This document shows positions 26,863 to 39,803 of a stretch of 64,000 nucleotides of DNA, piece by piece. Made by a program: the position numbers and the translations under genes. The DNA is from Piromyces finnis finn (taxonomy: Eukaryota; Fungi; Neocallimastigomycota), in the NCBI GenBank assembly GCA_002104945.1, contig MCFH01000008.1, forward strand, positions 310,001 to 374,000. Reading direction: 5' to 3'. The notes under the pieces are model-generated. The model searched no databases. It saw nothing but the letters and a program-made list of their open reading frames with translations, and was not told the origin of the DNA. The number at the start of each line of letters is the position of its first letter. Position 1 is the first letter of the stretch.

Positions 26863-28089
26863 TTATAATAATTCTTTTGGTTCACCATTAGCATTTAATA
26901 ATGAAACTTCATCATTAAATTCATTAGCTAAAACTCTTGGTCCATCACCAACCTTTGTAGCAATAATACGCTTGAAAGCATTCATTTGTGGGTAGATTGG
27001 TGTATTCATTTTAGCGAGAACTTCATCAATTTCTTGGTCATTGAAATTAAATCCACTGTAAATATTTTTATCTTCAGCAGCTGGGAAAATACGAGAAATG
27101 ACACCTAAAACATTATCGGCGTCCTTCTTTTGAACGTATAAAACAGCATTTGGTCCAGCATCAAAGGTATAAGCAACAGTGTACTTTTGAGCACTACCCA
27201 TAGCTGCTTTAGCAGCATTATAGTCATGAACAGCATTAACTACAGCTCTTGAAATATCATTCATATAATAGATTGGTGGGAAAGTATCGGCACATACGGC
27301 ATGGAATGAATTAGAATCTCTCATAGTAATTTCAGCAAAGGAATCGAAATCCTTATTTTGAATAGCAGTTTTCATATCTTCCATAGCCTTTGGAACAACA
27401 TGCTTAATACGGTGTTGAATTAATGGTGAAGTGGCAACGGTATGTTGCATACCAAGAGTAGAAGAAGTCTTCTTCTTGGCATCATTAACAACTAAAATAA
27501 TAGCTTGCATGTCTGGCCAGTGTTCACGAGAAGCAACTTGAATAGCATGAGAATCACTACCATCTTCCTTTTCACCCATTTCCCAAGCGACGTAACCACC
27601 TTGAAGTGAACGACAAGCACTACCAGAACCAGTTCTAGCAATAGTGGAAAGTTCGACATTGTCTAATTTTAATTGATATAATGTGGCTAAAGAGAAGGTT
27701 AAACAAGCAAAACCAGCAGCAGATGAAGCTAATCCAGCAGCAGTTGGGAAGTTGTTAGCTGAACAAATATGAAGTTTATAGTCTGCAATTTTTGGTAAAG
27801 AATTGTCATTTTCTTCTAATTTTTTACGTTGGGCACGCATTTCATTGATAACATTGGTTAAACGTTTATTTTGAGCAATTATTTCTTCCTTGCCATTTAA
27901 CCATAATTTATCAGCCTTTAATTCTGGGGCAGCTCTGCAAGTGGTTTTAGTGTGTAAATCATCTTGTGAGAGAGTAACTGATAATGAAGAGTTGGTTGGA
28001 AGATTTAATTTAGTATCTCTCTTACCCCAGTATTTAATAACAGCAATGTTAATTGGAGCAGTACAAGTTGCTTCGTAAACCTTTAACAT
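26863..28089 (-). CDS. MVD1: Diphosphomevalonate decarboxylase, intronless
   Basis: 408-aa ORF with NIAVIKYWGKRD, LPTNSSLSVTL, NNFPTAAGLASSAAG, GSGSACRS and YTFDAGPNAV. Confidence 0.97.
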   Translation of the reverse strand: MLKVYEATCTAPINIAVIKYWGKRDTKLNLPTNSSLSVTLSQDDLHTKTTCRAAPELKADKLWLNGKEEIIAQNKRLTNVINEMRAQRKKLEENDNSLPKIADYKLHICSANNFPTAAGLASSAAGFACLTFSLATLYQLKLDNVELSTIARTGSGSACRSLQGGYVAWEMGEKEDGSDSHAIQVASREHWPDMQAIILVVNDAKKKTSSTLGMQHTVATSPLIQHRIKHVVPKAMEDMKTAIQNKDFDSFAEITMRDSNSFHAVCADTFPPIYYMNDISRAVVNAVHDYNAAKAAMGSAQKYTVAYTFDAGPNAVLYVQKKDADNVLGVISRIFPAAEDKNIYSGFNFNDQEIDEVLAKMNTPIYPQMNAFKRIIATKVGDGPRVLANEFNDEVSLLNANGEPKELL

Positions 28090-29297
28090 TATATTTAAAT
28101 TTCTATTTATATATTTGTTTATATCATTTTTGATAAATTGTTTAATTATTTAAGAATAATTTGAAATTCATTTAAGAGATATTTTTATTTTTTAATTATG
28201 AGAAAGAATAGATAGATAGATAAATAGATAAATAGATAGATGGATAGATAGAAACAAGAAGAATGTTAAAAAAAGAGTTATTATTTTTAATTTTATTTTT
28301 TTTTAAATATTTAAATATTAAAAAGCAATTAATGTATATAATATATATAATGTATGTTTATATATATATATTTTAATTAATTGATTGTCTCTCTATTGAA
28401 ATTAGAAAAGAATTTAATTTGATTAAATTATATTATAAAATATGGATTTTTCATTTTTTTTTTTTTCCAACTTTTTTTTATACGCTTTATATGTATATGT
28501 TTATATATAGCTTTTATTATTAAAATCAGCATTTTGAATTTTAATTTATTTATTTTTTAAATTATATATATATATATGTATGTATTATTATTATTATTAT
28601 TGTTTTTTTGAAATTGTGCCAATACAAATGATAATGTTAACATTTAAATATATATATATAGCTTTTTTTCCCCTTTTTCCCTTTTTTTCTTTCTTCCTTT
28701 CTTTTTCCTATATACCTTTTAATAAAATAATTTATATACCTTTTTTTTTAAAAAAGATTTATAAAAGTGGTAAAAAAAAACCTTTTGTTAAAACTTTACA
28801 TTTTTTTTTAATTATAAAAATGTAAATCAAAATTTAATTACATTTATCCAATCAAATATTTAAAAAAAGTTTTACATTAAAAAAGGTTTAAAAGTTTATA
28901 AAAACGAGAGAGAGAGAAAAGAAAAAAAAGAGTTTTTAAGCATCATTCAACTCATTCATTTTATTTTTAATCGTTTATTCAGCTCTAACGGCGGTTGTTA
29001 TTTTGTTTTATTTTTATGGGTAGAAAAAAGTATAAATATCATTTACATTTTTTTTTATTAAGAAAGAATATAAAATGAAATTAATAAGGTCCTTTATAAT
29101 TAAATAGAAATTTAAAAAAAAATAAAGAGTTTTATTCTTTAAGACTTTTTTTTTTCTTTTTAATTTATATAAAGGAACAAGGTATATTTTATTTTATTTA
29201 ATATTTATAAATATAACTACTATACTATTATATTATATATGTTTCATTTATAAAGATTTCTTTGTGTATTTGGTAAAGATATTTCATTTTCAATCTG

Positions 29298-30157
29298 ACT
29301 ATTACTACTACTACTACTATTACAATTACAATTACTATTACTATTACTATTACTATTACTATTACTATTACTATTACTATTACTATTACTATTACTATTA
29401 CTATTACTATTACTATTACTATTACTATTACTATTACTATTACTATTACTATTACTATTACTATTACTATTACTATTACTATTACTATTACTATTACTAT
29501 TACTATTACTATTACTATTACTATTACTATTACTATTACTATTACTATTACTATTACTATTACTATTACTATTACTATTACTATTACTATTACTATTACT
29601 ATTACTATTACTATTACTATTACTATTACTATTACTATTACTATTACTATTACTATTACTATTACTATTACTATTACTATTACTATTACTATTACTATTA
29701 CTATTACTATTACTATTACTATTACTATTACTATTACTATTACTATTACTATTACTATTACTATTACTATTACTATTACTATTACTATTACTTTACTATT
29801 ACTATTACTATTACTATTACTATTACTATTACTATTACTATTACTATTACTATTACTATTACTATTACTATTACTATTACTATTACTATTACTATTACTA
29901 TTACTATTACTATTACTATTACTATTACTATTACTATTACTATTACTATTACTATTACTATTACTATTACTATTACTATTACTATTACTATTATTACTAT
30001 TACTATTACTATTACTATTACTATTACTATTACTATTACTATTACTATTACTATTACTATTACTATTACTATTACTATTACTATTACTATTACTATTACT
30101 ATTACTATTACTATTACTATTACTATTACTATTACTATTACTATTACTATTACTATT
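29298..30157. repeat. About 860-bp (TACTAT)n microsatellite
   Basis: Near-perfect hexamer array with two phase slips near 29793 and 29991. It generates the spurious poly-Y/poly-TI ORF. Confidence 0.97.
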
Positions 30158-30827
30158 AAAAATACTTCACCACTTTAAGTAATACACTTTTTCTATTAAT
30201 AATTATCTTACTATTAATAGAAATTGACAGGAATAAAAGAAAGAAAGAAAGAAAATCATGGTGAAAAGATAAATTTTAAAAATTTTAGAAAATTCTAAAA
30301 AATTCAATCTATTTTTTAGAAAAAAAATAAAAAAAAAATTTTAAAAAAAAAGTTTTTTTTTTATTTAATTGTTAAATCCTTTTTTTATTAATACTTATTA
30401 AACCATTTAAACTCAAATACCGCTCTTCTACGCTCTAATAAAACAGTTTTATTTATAAAAAAAAAGTTTTTTTTTTTTTTAAATTTTCATTTTTTCTGTA
30501 AAAGAATATTATGATTCATTTTAAACCAATAAAATTTTTATTTTTTTAAAAAAGATTTTTGAAATTTAAATTAAAAAAAAAAAAAAAATAAAAATTTTAT
30601 TGTTTACAAAAAAAATATAAAAAAGTGGTAATTTACATAAGAAAAAAATAATAATTGAATAGTACATTCAATATTCAATAAAATAAAATAAAAATATTAT
30701 TATATAAATTATATAAATATTAGAAACTATATAAACTATTTAAATATCAAATTTAAGAATAATAAAAATTATTATTATTTTGAATTAAACTAAAGGTTTT
30801 AAAACTTTTGAGATTTATAAATTATCC

Positions 30828-30858
<31 letters not shown>

Positions 30859-30898
30859 CCTTTCAAACTTTCAAGTTAAATAAAAAGAGACAAAAAAA

Positions 30899-31843
30899 AT
30901 GGTTGTTGAAAATGATTTTGAAAATAAAGATGTAACAGAATTTTTTATTCCTGTTCCACCCAAAAAAATTGCAACCTGGGAAGAAGAATTTAAAGAAACA
31001 GCAAACTACAATGTAGTTACAATAGATATTTCAAACCATTCCCACATTATAAATGAAAGAATTAAAAATAGTCAAATTAAAAATTTGGACTTTGTACCGG
31101 AATTACCATGTAGTATTAAAGTTTTAGAATTTTCACCAAAAGAAAATGTTGAAAAAAGGGATGAAATTGTTTTATGTTGTCATGGTTGGGAGGGTCGTGG
31201 TTTAAATTTTTATAAATTTATTCCAGGTTTACAAGAAAAAGGTTTTAAGGTACTAGCCATTGATTTCCCATTGCATGGAGAAAATAGAGAAAGTGATTGT
31301 AAATATTCTGGTTGTACTGTATTTGGTCATACTTTAAATGCTATTATTCGTACACTCAATCAACCAGTATATGTATTAGCCCATTCTATGGGAAACGGCG
31401 CTTTTCAAGTCAATTGTCGCCTTTCCAATGAAAAAGAAAAAAGACTTGTTAAAAAGTATGTTGGTATTGCAGCCATGAATTATTATTATGATGCTGTTGT
31501 AGGTCATATTAAAATATTTAAACTTGAAAATGAAAAAGAGTTGATTCAAGATTATATTGATCATAAAAAAATACTTTTTGGAATTGATATAAACGATATC
31601 GTTTTAGAAAAGGATGTATTAACCCTTGATATACCTATTCTTTTTATTCACGATTTAAATGATAAAGAAATTCCATATGAAAAAACATTAGTTTTAAAAG
31701 ATAAAATGAAAAGAAAGGACTATTGTATTGATGGTGTAAACCATCCTACTTTTTGTAGAACAGAAGGACTAGGTCATCGAAGAATATTACGTGATGATAC
31801 CGTTGTTCAAACAGTAATAAATTTCTTTAATCGACAAATATAA
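30899..31843 (+). CDS. Alpha/beta hydrolase (serine esterase/lipase-like), intronless, bacterial-like
   Basis: 314 aa with an HGWEG oxyanion segment, AIDFPLHG, nucleophile AHS163MG, acid HDLNDKEIP and catalytic TEGLGHRRILRD. Confidence 0.9.
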   Translation: MVVENDFENKDVTEFFIPVPPKKIATWEEEFKETANYNVVTIDISNHSHIINERIKNSQIKNLDFVPELPCSIKVLEFSPKENVEKRDEIVLCCHGWEGRGLNFYKFIPGLQEKGFKVLAIDFPLHGENRESDCKYSGCTVFGHTLNAIIRTLNQPVYVLAHSMGNGAFQVNCRLSNEKEKRLVKKYVGIAAMNYYYDAVVGHIKIFKLENEKELIQDYIDHKKILFGIDINDIVLEKDVLTLDIPILFIHDLNDKEIPYEKTLVLKDKMKRKDYCIDGVNHPTFCRTEGLGHRRILRDDTVVQTVINFFNRQI

Positions 31844-32356
31844 AAACTATCCATTTATTATATACATATATACAAACAAAGAAGAAAGGGAAAAAAAAAA
31901 AAGGAAATACACATCATATAATTTGTTATTATCAGTCTTATTATTAAATTAAATATCTCTGTTTTTGATGAACAAGTTTATAATTTAGAGTAATATATAA
32001 ACTATGCATTAAACTATTTTAAATTAATCTCTATATAAAATACCTCAATTTTTTTTTTTTTTTTTAATTTATTTTTATTTTTTTGCATTAATGTTTAAAT
32101 AAAGAGAATAATTTTATTTTAAAAGATCAAAACTTTATTCAGCTTCTATATACTCTGAATATTTTAATAGTAATAGAATTACCCATTGAAATTTTCTTTC
32201 TTTAATTTGACGATTTTATCACTCAAGATAATCATCTATATAATTATATCACTATCGTATGGATAATATTTATGTGGATGATCATAAATATGGTGATGTT
32301 ATTGACTAACAAAATGTTTTTTTTTTCCTTTTCTTTTTTTTTTATTTTATTTTTAT

Positions 32357-33762
32357 CTAATAGCCATGTAAATCAACCGGGAATAATAAACTGTCCATTT
32401 TATTAAGATTTTTTGGAATTTTCTTTAAAGAACAGTATTTCTTTTTAATTGCTTTAAGATTATCAGGATTCTTTGAAAATTCATCAAATGCTTTAGCTGT
32501 TAAAGTTAAGGAATAACCTACTAAATCCATTTCTTGTCTATCCTTTGTAAATTCACCTAAAACATAATTAGGTATGGTTATATTTGAAGAACTTGGAGGT
32601 CTCCCTATGCCAATACGATAACTTTTTTTTTTTTTTTTTTTTTTTAAAAAAAAGGAAAAGTCAATATTTATCTTAAATTATTTTAAACTTTATTTTACTT
32701 ACTGATAGAAAGTATTATTATTTAAAGTTTTTTCTATACTATCTATTCCTTTATGTCCTTTAACCGCACCTAACGAATCTTTATAATATTTATTCATATT
32801 CATATTCATATTAAAAAAAATAAAGGAGGGATAATGATACTATAATTAATACCAAGATATTAATTTATAATTTATATATATTCATAGGTTATATTCTATG
32901 AAATTATAAAAATCACAATGAAAAATTTAAAAAAAAAAAAAAAAAAATTACTTTGAATGGTCAAAGTTCCAGGTAAAGAATTAAGGTCATCAAAAATAAC
33001 AATAAGTTGTTTTGAAATATCTTTATAACCATAGTATTGTAAAACTTTCTGAACTGCCATTCCAGAGTTATTCATTCCAGTCAATGGTTTAATGAAAACA
33101 AGTCTTAAAAGACGTTTATCTGTTGCTTGATACATAATATCATGGATATCCGCTATATACATATATATTTGCATAAATTAAATGAGGAATAATTGATTTA
33201 TTGTTGTTGGTGTATTATACATATTTTTTAATAGCATCATTATTAAAGCGTTATTATAAAGTGATTTTGAATTAGGTTTAAAAAAAAAAATTAATTTTTT
33301 TTTTTTTTTATTATTATTATTACTACATTGTTATTTTAAGAAAATGGACCTACCATTTAAATCCATTCTTCTAAAAAATATAGGAAGTTTATGTTCATCA
33401 GGTTTATTTTTATTTTTTTCCAAGGCTATCAAGTTTGTAATATAGTTTACACAAATAAAACCAACTTTATAGGAATAAATATAGTTTTTATTTTTGATAA
33501 AAAAAAAAAAAAGAATTTAATATTTTTTTTTTTTGGTGTATAGTTGAGAGTTAAAACCAAGCTTATAAATGAATTTTATTTTTTCTTTTATTATAAACAA
33601 GATATATATATTCAAATATTTAAATATACCATTATGTCTTGTCGTTTCATATTCTGGTTGAAAATTTCCTAGACCTACGATAAAGTAGTCAACAGGTGGA
33701 TTTGATGTCATTTTATTTTTTTCTATAAAATCTTTATGAAAAAAGTTTATTTCTTCTTCCAT
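32357..33762 (-). CDS. PTH1: Bacterial-type peptidyl-tRNA hydrolase (Pth1 family), 5 exons
   Basis: IVGLGN..YETTRHNVG, KPLTGMNNSG, VIFDDLN..PG, GHKG and YRIGIGRPP..PNYVLGEF reproduce the Pth motif order. Stop TAG at 32357. Confidence 0.88.
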
Positions 33763-35131
33763 ATTTTGGATAAATTTTATATAGATAAAAAAAAAAAATT
33801 AATATTAATTAATAAATATATTTAATTTTTAAAAACTTTTTTTTTTTTTTTTTTTTTACAATTTAAAAAGAAAAAACATTTCCATCAAATTAAGAAAAAA
33901 AAAGAATTTTATATCTTTGTTTTTAAGAAAATTTCTTTTCTTTTTTTTTTAAAAGGAAAATATATATAAATATACGATATAATAATACGCCAAAAGAAAA
34001 TTTTAATAATAATAGTTATTATTATTATTAATAATTTAAATAATAGTTTTTTTTTTTTTTAAAATTAGTTACAATACTATTATTTAACCATTCCATCTCT
34101 TTTATAATAGAGAACTTTTTTTTTTTTTTTTTAAAAAAAAAAGAAAAAGAATAAACTTGGCAATAATAATGTTTTCTAATAAAAATATATTATAATTTGG
34201 ACAAACTAGAAACTAAAAGGGCCTCAAGGTTATGAAAGATTACCTACTTGAAGGCAGTATAAGTTTCTTACATTTATTGAATAGTTTACATCTTTTTAAA
34301 ATAAAGATGCTTTATAAGCCCACTTCCAATAATAAAAATCCATTTAAAAAAAAATAATAAATAATAATAACACTTGATAAAATTAAAATATATAATATAC
34401 TTTTTTTTATTATTCATTAAAAATTTAAGGATAAATCAATAATTTCATTAGTTTTTTAAAAAGAAAAGTAGATTATAAACTTTTTTTTTTTATCAATAAA
34501 CTAGTTTCACTTAGACTATCAAACTATTAATATGATGTTGTTAATCTGATTTTCTATTATATTTAACACTTTTTCACCATCAATTTAATAATATTATAAT
34601 TTTTTTTTCTAACTTGCATCTTGCAATAATGTTAGAGTTAATTTTTTGTTGATAAGATTTAAAGGGAACAACTTGATTCTTATAAAATCTTTAAAGTTTT
34701 TTTTTTTTTTTTTTATTTTAATTTTTTATTATTATTTAAAAAGTATATTTTGTTTTATTATACATATTAAAAAATTGGAAATGATTTTTTTTTTTTTTTT
34801 TTAAAAAAAAAAGGTTTTTCTTTTTTATTAATTTTTTTTTTTTTTTATTATTTATGTTATTCACATTTTTTTAAAAAAAGGAAAAAAAAAAAAAAAAAAG
34901 AAAATAATAATTATTAAAAAAAAAATAGTTATTTATTTTTAAAAATTTTTTTTTATCTTGCATATTTTCTCTCTTTTTTTTTTTTTTTTATTATTTTTAT
35001 TATTATTATTCATAAATTAAAACTATGATATTAATAGTTGCAATGTTGTATATATATATATTTTTGTTTGTTTAGTTGCTTTTTTTTTTTTTAATGTCAT
35101 TTATTTTTCTCTTTTATAATGATAAAGAAAC

Positions 35132-36760
35132 TTATGAATTGATAACACGGCTAAGCTTTTGTATACGGTTTAATAATATATCACCTTGCTTTATAGCTTG
35201 TTGGTATTGAGCATTCTTGGAATCTGGTCTATTGGTTTGAACAATACCATCAACCTTATCAATGACACAGTTTAATCTACCAGCACCAATGAAACGAGAT
35301 AAATCGCTATATAGAGTTGGAATAGAAATAGTTTTTTTTTTTTAAAAAAAAAAAAAAAAAAGATGATTTCATTTTTAAATTAGTCATATTCATAAGGAAT
35401 AAAAAAAAAAAAAAAGTGGTTTATATCACTTGATTTATTCCATATTTTATAATATATGAATGCTATGATCTTATAAAAATAAATACTTACTCATCAATGA
35501 ATTTTTCAGAAACACCAAAGGAAGAAGCCATTGATTCAATAGTGACACTTCTGTAGGATTCTAATAATTGAGCGTATGATATGATACGCATTTCACGAAC
35601 ATAGTATTTGTAGTGAGTGAAAAGAACTGGATCAATCTTTAATTGTTGTTCAATATTGGCTATTTTATTAATTATATATGTATATACATATATAATTAAT
35701 TATTATCCATGATGAAAGCATCCATTATTTTTAATAATAAATCGTAAGAATAATTTAATTTTTTAAATTGAAACAATAAATGATCATTAATATAAAGTAT
35801 TATTATTATTGTTGTTGTCGTTGTTGTTGGTATTGTTATTTGTTATTTCGTTATTCTATTATTTTATTATTTTATTATTTTATTATTTAATATTGATCAT
35901 CTTACCTAAAGCCTTGAAAAAGTTGGCATATTCACAATTATATAAAGAGTTCATGTATTGTTCAAGATATGGAATTTCATTAACAACTTCTAAAATTTCT
36001 GGAGCATTAATAACCTTTTAGGAATTTAATAATATTTTATACACATTTTTTTTTTTTTTTTTTACAATGAATTAATAAAAAATAATATTATCATTTTCAT
36101 TAGCCAAAGAGAATTTATTTAGAGTGGAATATATATGTTACTATATATATATATTTTTAATTTATACCTTAGCCTTTAAGTCTGGTCTCTTTAAGGTAAT
36201 CATACTAGTTAAGACAGCATACTTAACAAAAGTCTTATAGTCCATTAATTCAGTTGAACTGAAAGAAGCAAGAGTATCAAGTAAAAGTGGAGTAGCAGAT
36301 TTGAAATCTCTGTTAATTAAAAAGTTAATACCTTGGTAAACCTTGAGTCTGTTACGTCTATCCCAGTCACCACCTTCTTCTATTAAACTTTTAAAAAATT
36401 TTAACAATTTTAATTAAAATGATGATATCGATCAAGGATCATTTTAACATTATTTCAATATTCATTTTTATATTATTTTAGCAGGTGTGGAAATACACAC
36501 ACACACACACACACACACACCATACAACAATTATATAGGATTATATGACATTTTAAAATAATTGACTTTTATAATTTTTTCAAATAAACTTACACTTTAG
36601 CCTTTTCAATATTCTTGTTAGTTAATTCATTATCATTCCAGAAGAATCCCATACGGATTTGTAAGAATAACATATCAATTCTTTGACCTAATGGACCAGT
36701 TTTTTCATAAGCAACACGGTATGCACTTAAAGCTTTTTCCTATCATTAACAAGGGTCATA

Positions 36761-36793
<33 letters not shown>

Positions 36794-37008
36794 GATAGAA
36801 TTTGCACAAAAAAAAAATGCAATAGTATTTTCAATAGTTGATAAAACATAGATGTTATTATAAATGTTGAAATTGTTAGGAGTGATGAATTTCAAAAAGT
36901 AGGTTATCATATAATCATAGGATAGTGTTTTAAAAAAATTTTCCAATTAATATATAGAATATAAAAATATTAGTATTTAGTTTAGCTAAAAATATTTTCT
37001 AAAACATG

Positions 37009-37047
<39 letters not shown>

Positions 37048-37758
37048 ACAATTTATTTATCTATTAGTCGATAAAAAGATGTCATAATAACCTTGTAACC
37101 AATTTTAGCCAAGTATTCAGCCTTTGCAATTAAAGCATCACTAATTTCAGTTTCACCTAAATTTTGTTGAGCATCTTCTAATTTTTCTTCAATTTGCTTT
37201 AATTTTTCTTCATTGGCTTTTTGTAATTGACTTAATAAACCATTATCAATTGGGAAATTGAATTCCTTACAAATTAATTCGTAGAAAGGAGCCATTTCTT
37301 TCAATTAAAAAATAGTATCATTTTTTTTATTATTATTTTATTTTTATTTTTATTTCATTAATGATGTGTAGAATAAATAATAAAATTTAATATATTGCAT
37401 TGATGTATAATAAATTTCTATTTAATTGTCATTATTATTATTACTATTTTATTATTTTTTTTCTTTGTTATAAAAGTATGGATAAAATTTAATTGTTGTA
37501 TTATATATTTTTCTTACTACTATTATTATTATTATTATTTCAATAATATATACTTTTATACTACTTATCATTACTACTATTATTATGACTATATAAAATA
37601 GATAAAATATTATATATATATATACCATCTTCTTTAACATGTTTCATGATCAAATCCTTGGCTTGTTGATGTAATTCCTTTGGTCCATTAGCAAGAAGGA
37701 AACGAGCCTTTGAAATCTCCATATTTGGGATTTTTGGTATATTTTGATCGTCAGACAT
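35132..37758 (-). CDS. RPN7: 26S proteasome lid subunit Rpn7 (PSMD6), 7 exons
   Basis: [77 protein letters not shown]. Confidence 0.97.
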
Positions 37759-38532
37759 TTTTAATACTTTATTTTTATTCCTTTTTTTAATTGAATATAT
37801 TATTAACTGTTTTTTATTATTGTTATTATTGGTGTTTGTTTTTAAACTTTTTGTTGAATTACTTGAATATCTTTACTATATAATATACGTATGAATAAAA
37901 ATATATAAAAATAGAACTTTTTTTTAGAATTGTTTTCTTTTTTTTATTTTATTTAATGTCAATGAAAAAATGAAGATAAACTAATTAATTTCTTTTAAAA
38001 AAAGAGTATTTAATAATATTTCTATTTTGTATGTATTTTACACACACACATACACGATGATCAAACTATATCAAAATTAAATAATAATAATAATATTCTA
38101 ATGAAGGATGTAGGATAATGCATTTTTTTTTTTACCTTTTACCAATTTAAAAATAAAATATTCTAAGTTTTTTTTTATTTTTATTATTATTATTTTATTT
38201 TTTATTATAAATAATATTTCAAAAAAAAAAAAAAAAATTAATAATAAATAAAAATTATTAAATATTTTTTATATATTATTTCATCATTTTTTTAATTAAA
38301 TATATAATAATTTTTTTTGTTATTATTTTTGAAATTAATTAAAAAAAGTGTAATTAATTCATAAAAATAAGTTCATTAAAAATGTAATAAAATGTAAATG
38401 TATCAATACATTAATGTATCTATTTTTAAAATTTTATTTTATATCATTTAATAATTTTTTTTTTTTTTATTATATTATTATTCCTTTATTACCTACCTAC
38501 ATTTTAAAAAGTACAGGAAAAAAAAAAAAAAG

Positions 38533-39803
38533 ATGACTAGAGCAGCAACTCCAGAATTAAAAAAGTAAAAAATATTTTTTAATATTACTTATATTTCAAC
38601 AGCAATTATTTATTTATTAAATAAGTAAATAGAAATTACATCTTTTTATTAAAAATCACTGGGATGAATTAGTAGATACAATGAAAGATTTAATATTATA
38701 AAAATTTCAACATATTAATTGAAAAAAAAAAAAAAAAAAAAAGTTCTTTTTTGATAGATATGGAAAAAAAAAAAGGAAATAGTATTGTTATTATTAATAA
38801 TACACAACATTTTAGTAAAGTAATAAACAAAATATCAAGAAAAATAAAATCATAAAATAAAATAAAATAAATCCAATTTATATTGAAAAAAGTAAAATTC
38901 TAAATTCATTTTAAAAAACGTTCTTGATTACTTAAAGATTATAGCAAAACATCAAATTTTACTATTAAAATCATATGAGCAAAACAAGATTTAAATAATG
39001 AGAAATAAATATATCACTTTTATTTTTAGCACATTATTATCAATCAGATAAACCATTATTAGCATATTAAAATTAAAATAATTTAAAAAAAAAACAATTA
39101 AAATAATAGTAATAATAGACCAAAGGATCAAATGTTTCTTTTTTTAAAAAAAAAAATAGAATTTCTTATTAATAGTATTGGATTGGGTTGACTAATCTAT
39201 TTTATTTTATTTTATTTTATACTATAATTATATATATATTAAATATTTTAAATAATAAAGATATTTAGATAAACACATTTTTATACAACTCAATGGTAAT
39301 AGAAAAATAACAGGAGTTCTTCGTGGTAAGTAGTTTTTAACAATTATTTAATTTTTAGAATTACTATATCAAACTTAAAAATATAAATTTTTAATAAAAT
39401 TATTTACTAATCCCATTCATAAAATATATAAATATATATCTATCTAAATAATAATAATAATAATAATTAATAAAATAACCATTTAACATTTCGGTAAAAA
39501 TTGATGGATAAAGGTTTTGATCCATTTATGAATTTAGTTGTAGATGAAGCTATGGAAATTGTAAGTGCTACTGAAAAGAATAGTATTGGAACTGTCGTTC
39601 TTCGTGGAAATTCTGGTAAGTTTTTAAAAAAAAAAAGTTTTTTTTTTTTTTCATTATTACTTAAATAATTGAATTTTTTTTAAAAAAAAAAAATTTTAAA
39701 AATATCCATTTTATAATTATTAATTTATATGTATTATTTATTGGTATACTAACAACGCATCGCCTAAACAGTCATTTTAATGGAAAGTTTAGAAAAGATC
39801 TAA
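38533..39803 (+). CDS. SNRPG: Small nuclear ribonucleoprotein G (SmG), 4 exons
   Basis: Exons 38533-38564, 39261-39325, 39514-39615 and 39772-39803 give [76 protein letters not shown]. Not present in the ORF track. Confidence 0.95.

Noticed and set aside
29264-30178. 304-aa poly-Tyr/poly-(Thr-Ile) ORF
   Set aside because: Translation of the (TACTAT)n microsatellite; no coding complexity.
34190-34700. Minus-strand DFIRIKLFPLNL resembling Gypsy gag
   Set aside because: One short motif in a multiply interrupted frame is not enough to call an element.
15141-39803. Apparent cluster of splicing genes (ARMC7, SART3, SmG)
   Set aside because: They are separated by unrelated housekeeping genes and share no evident regulatory element; compatible with chance.
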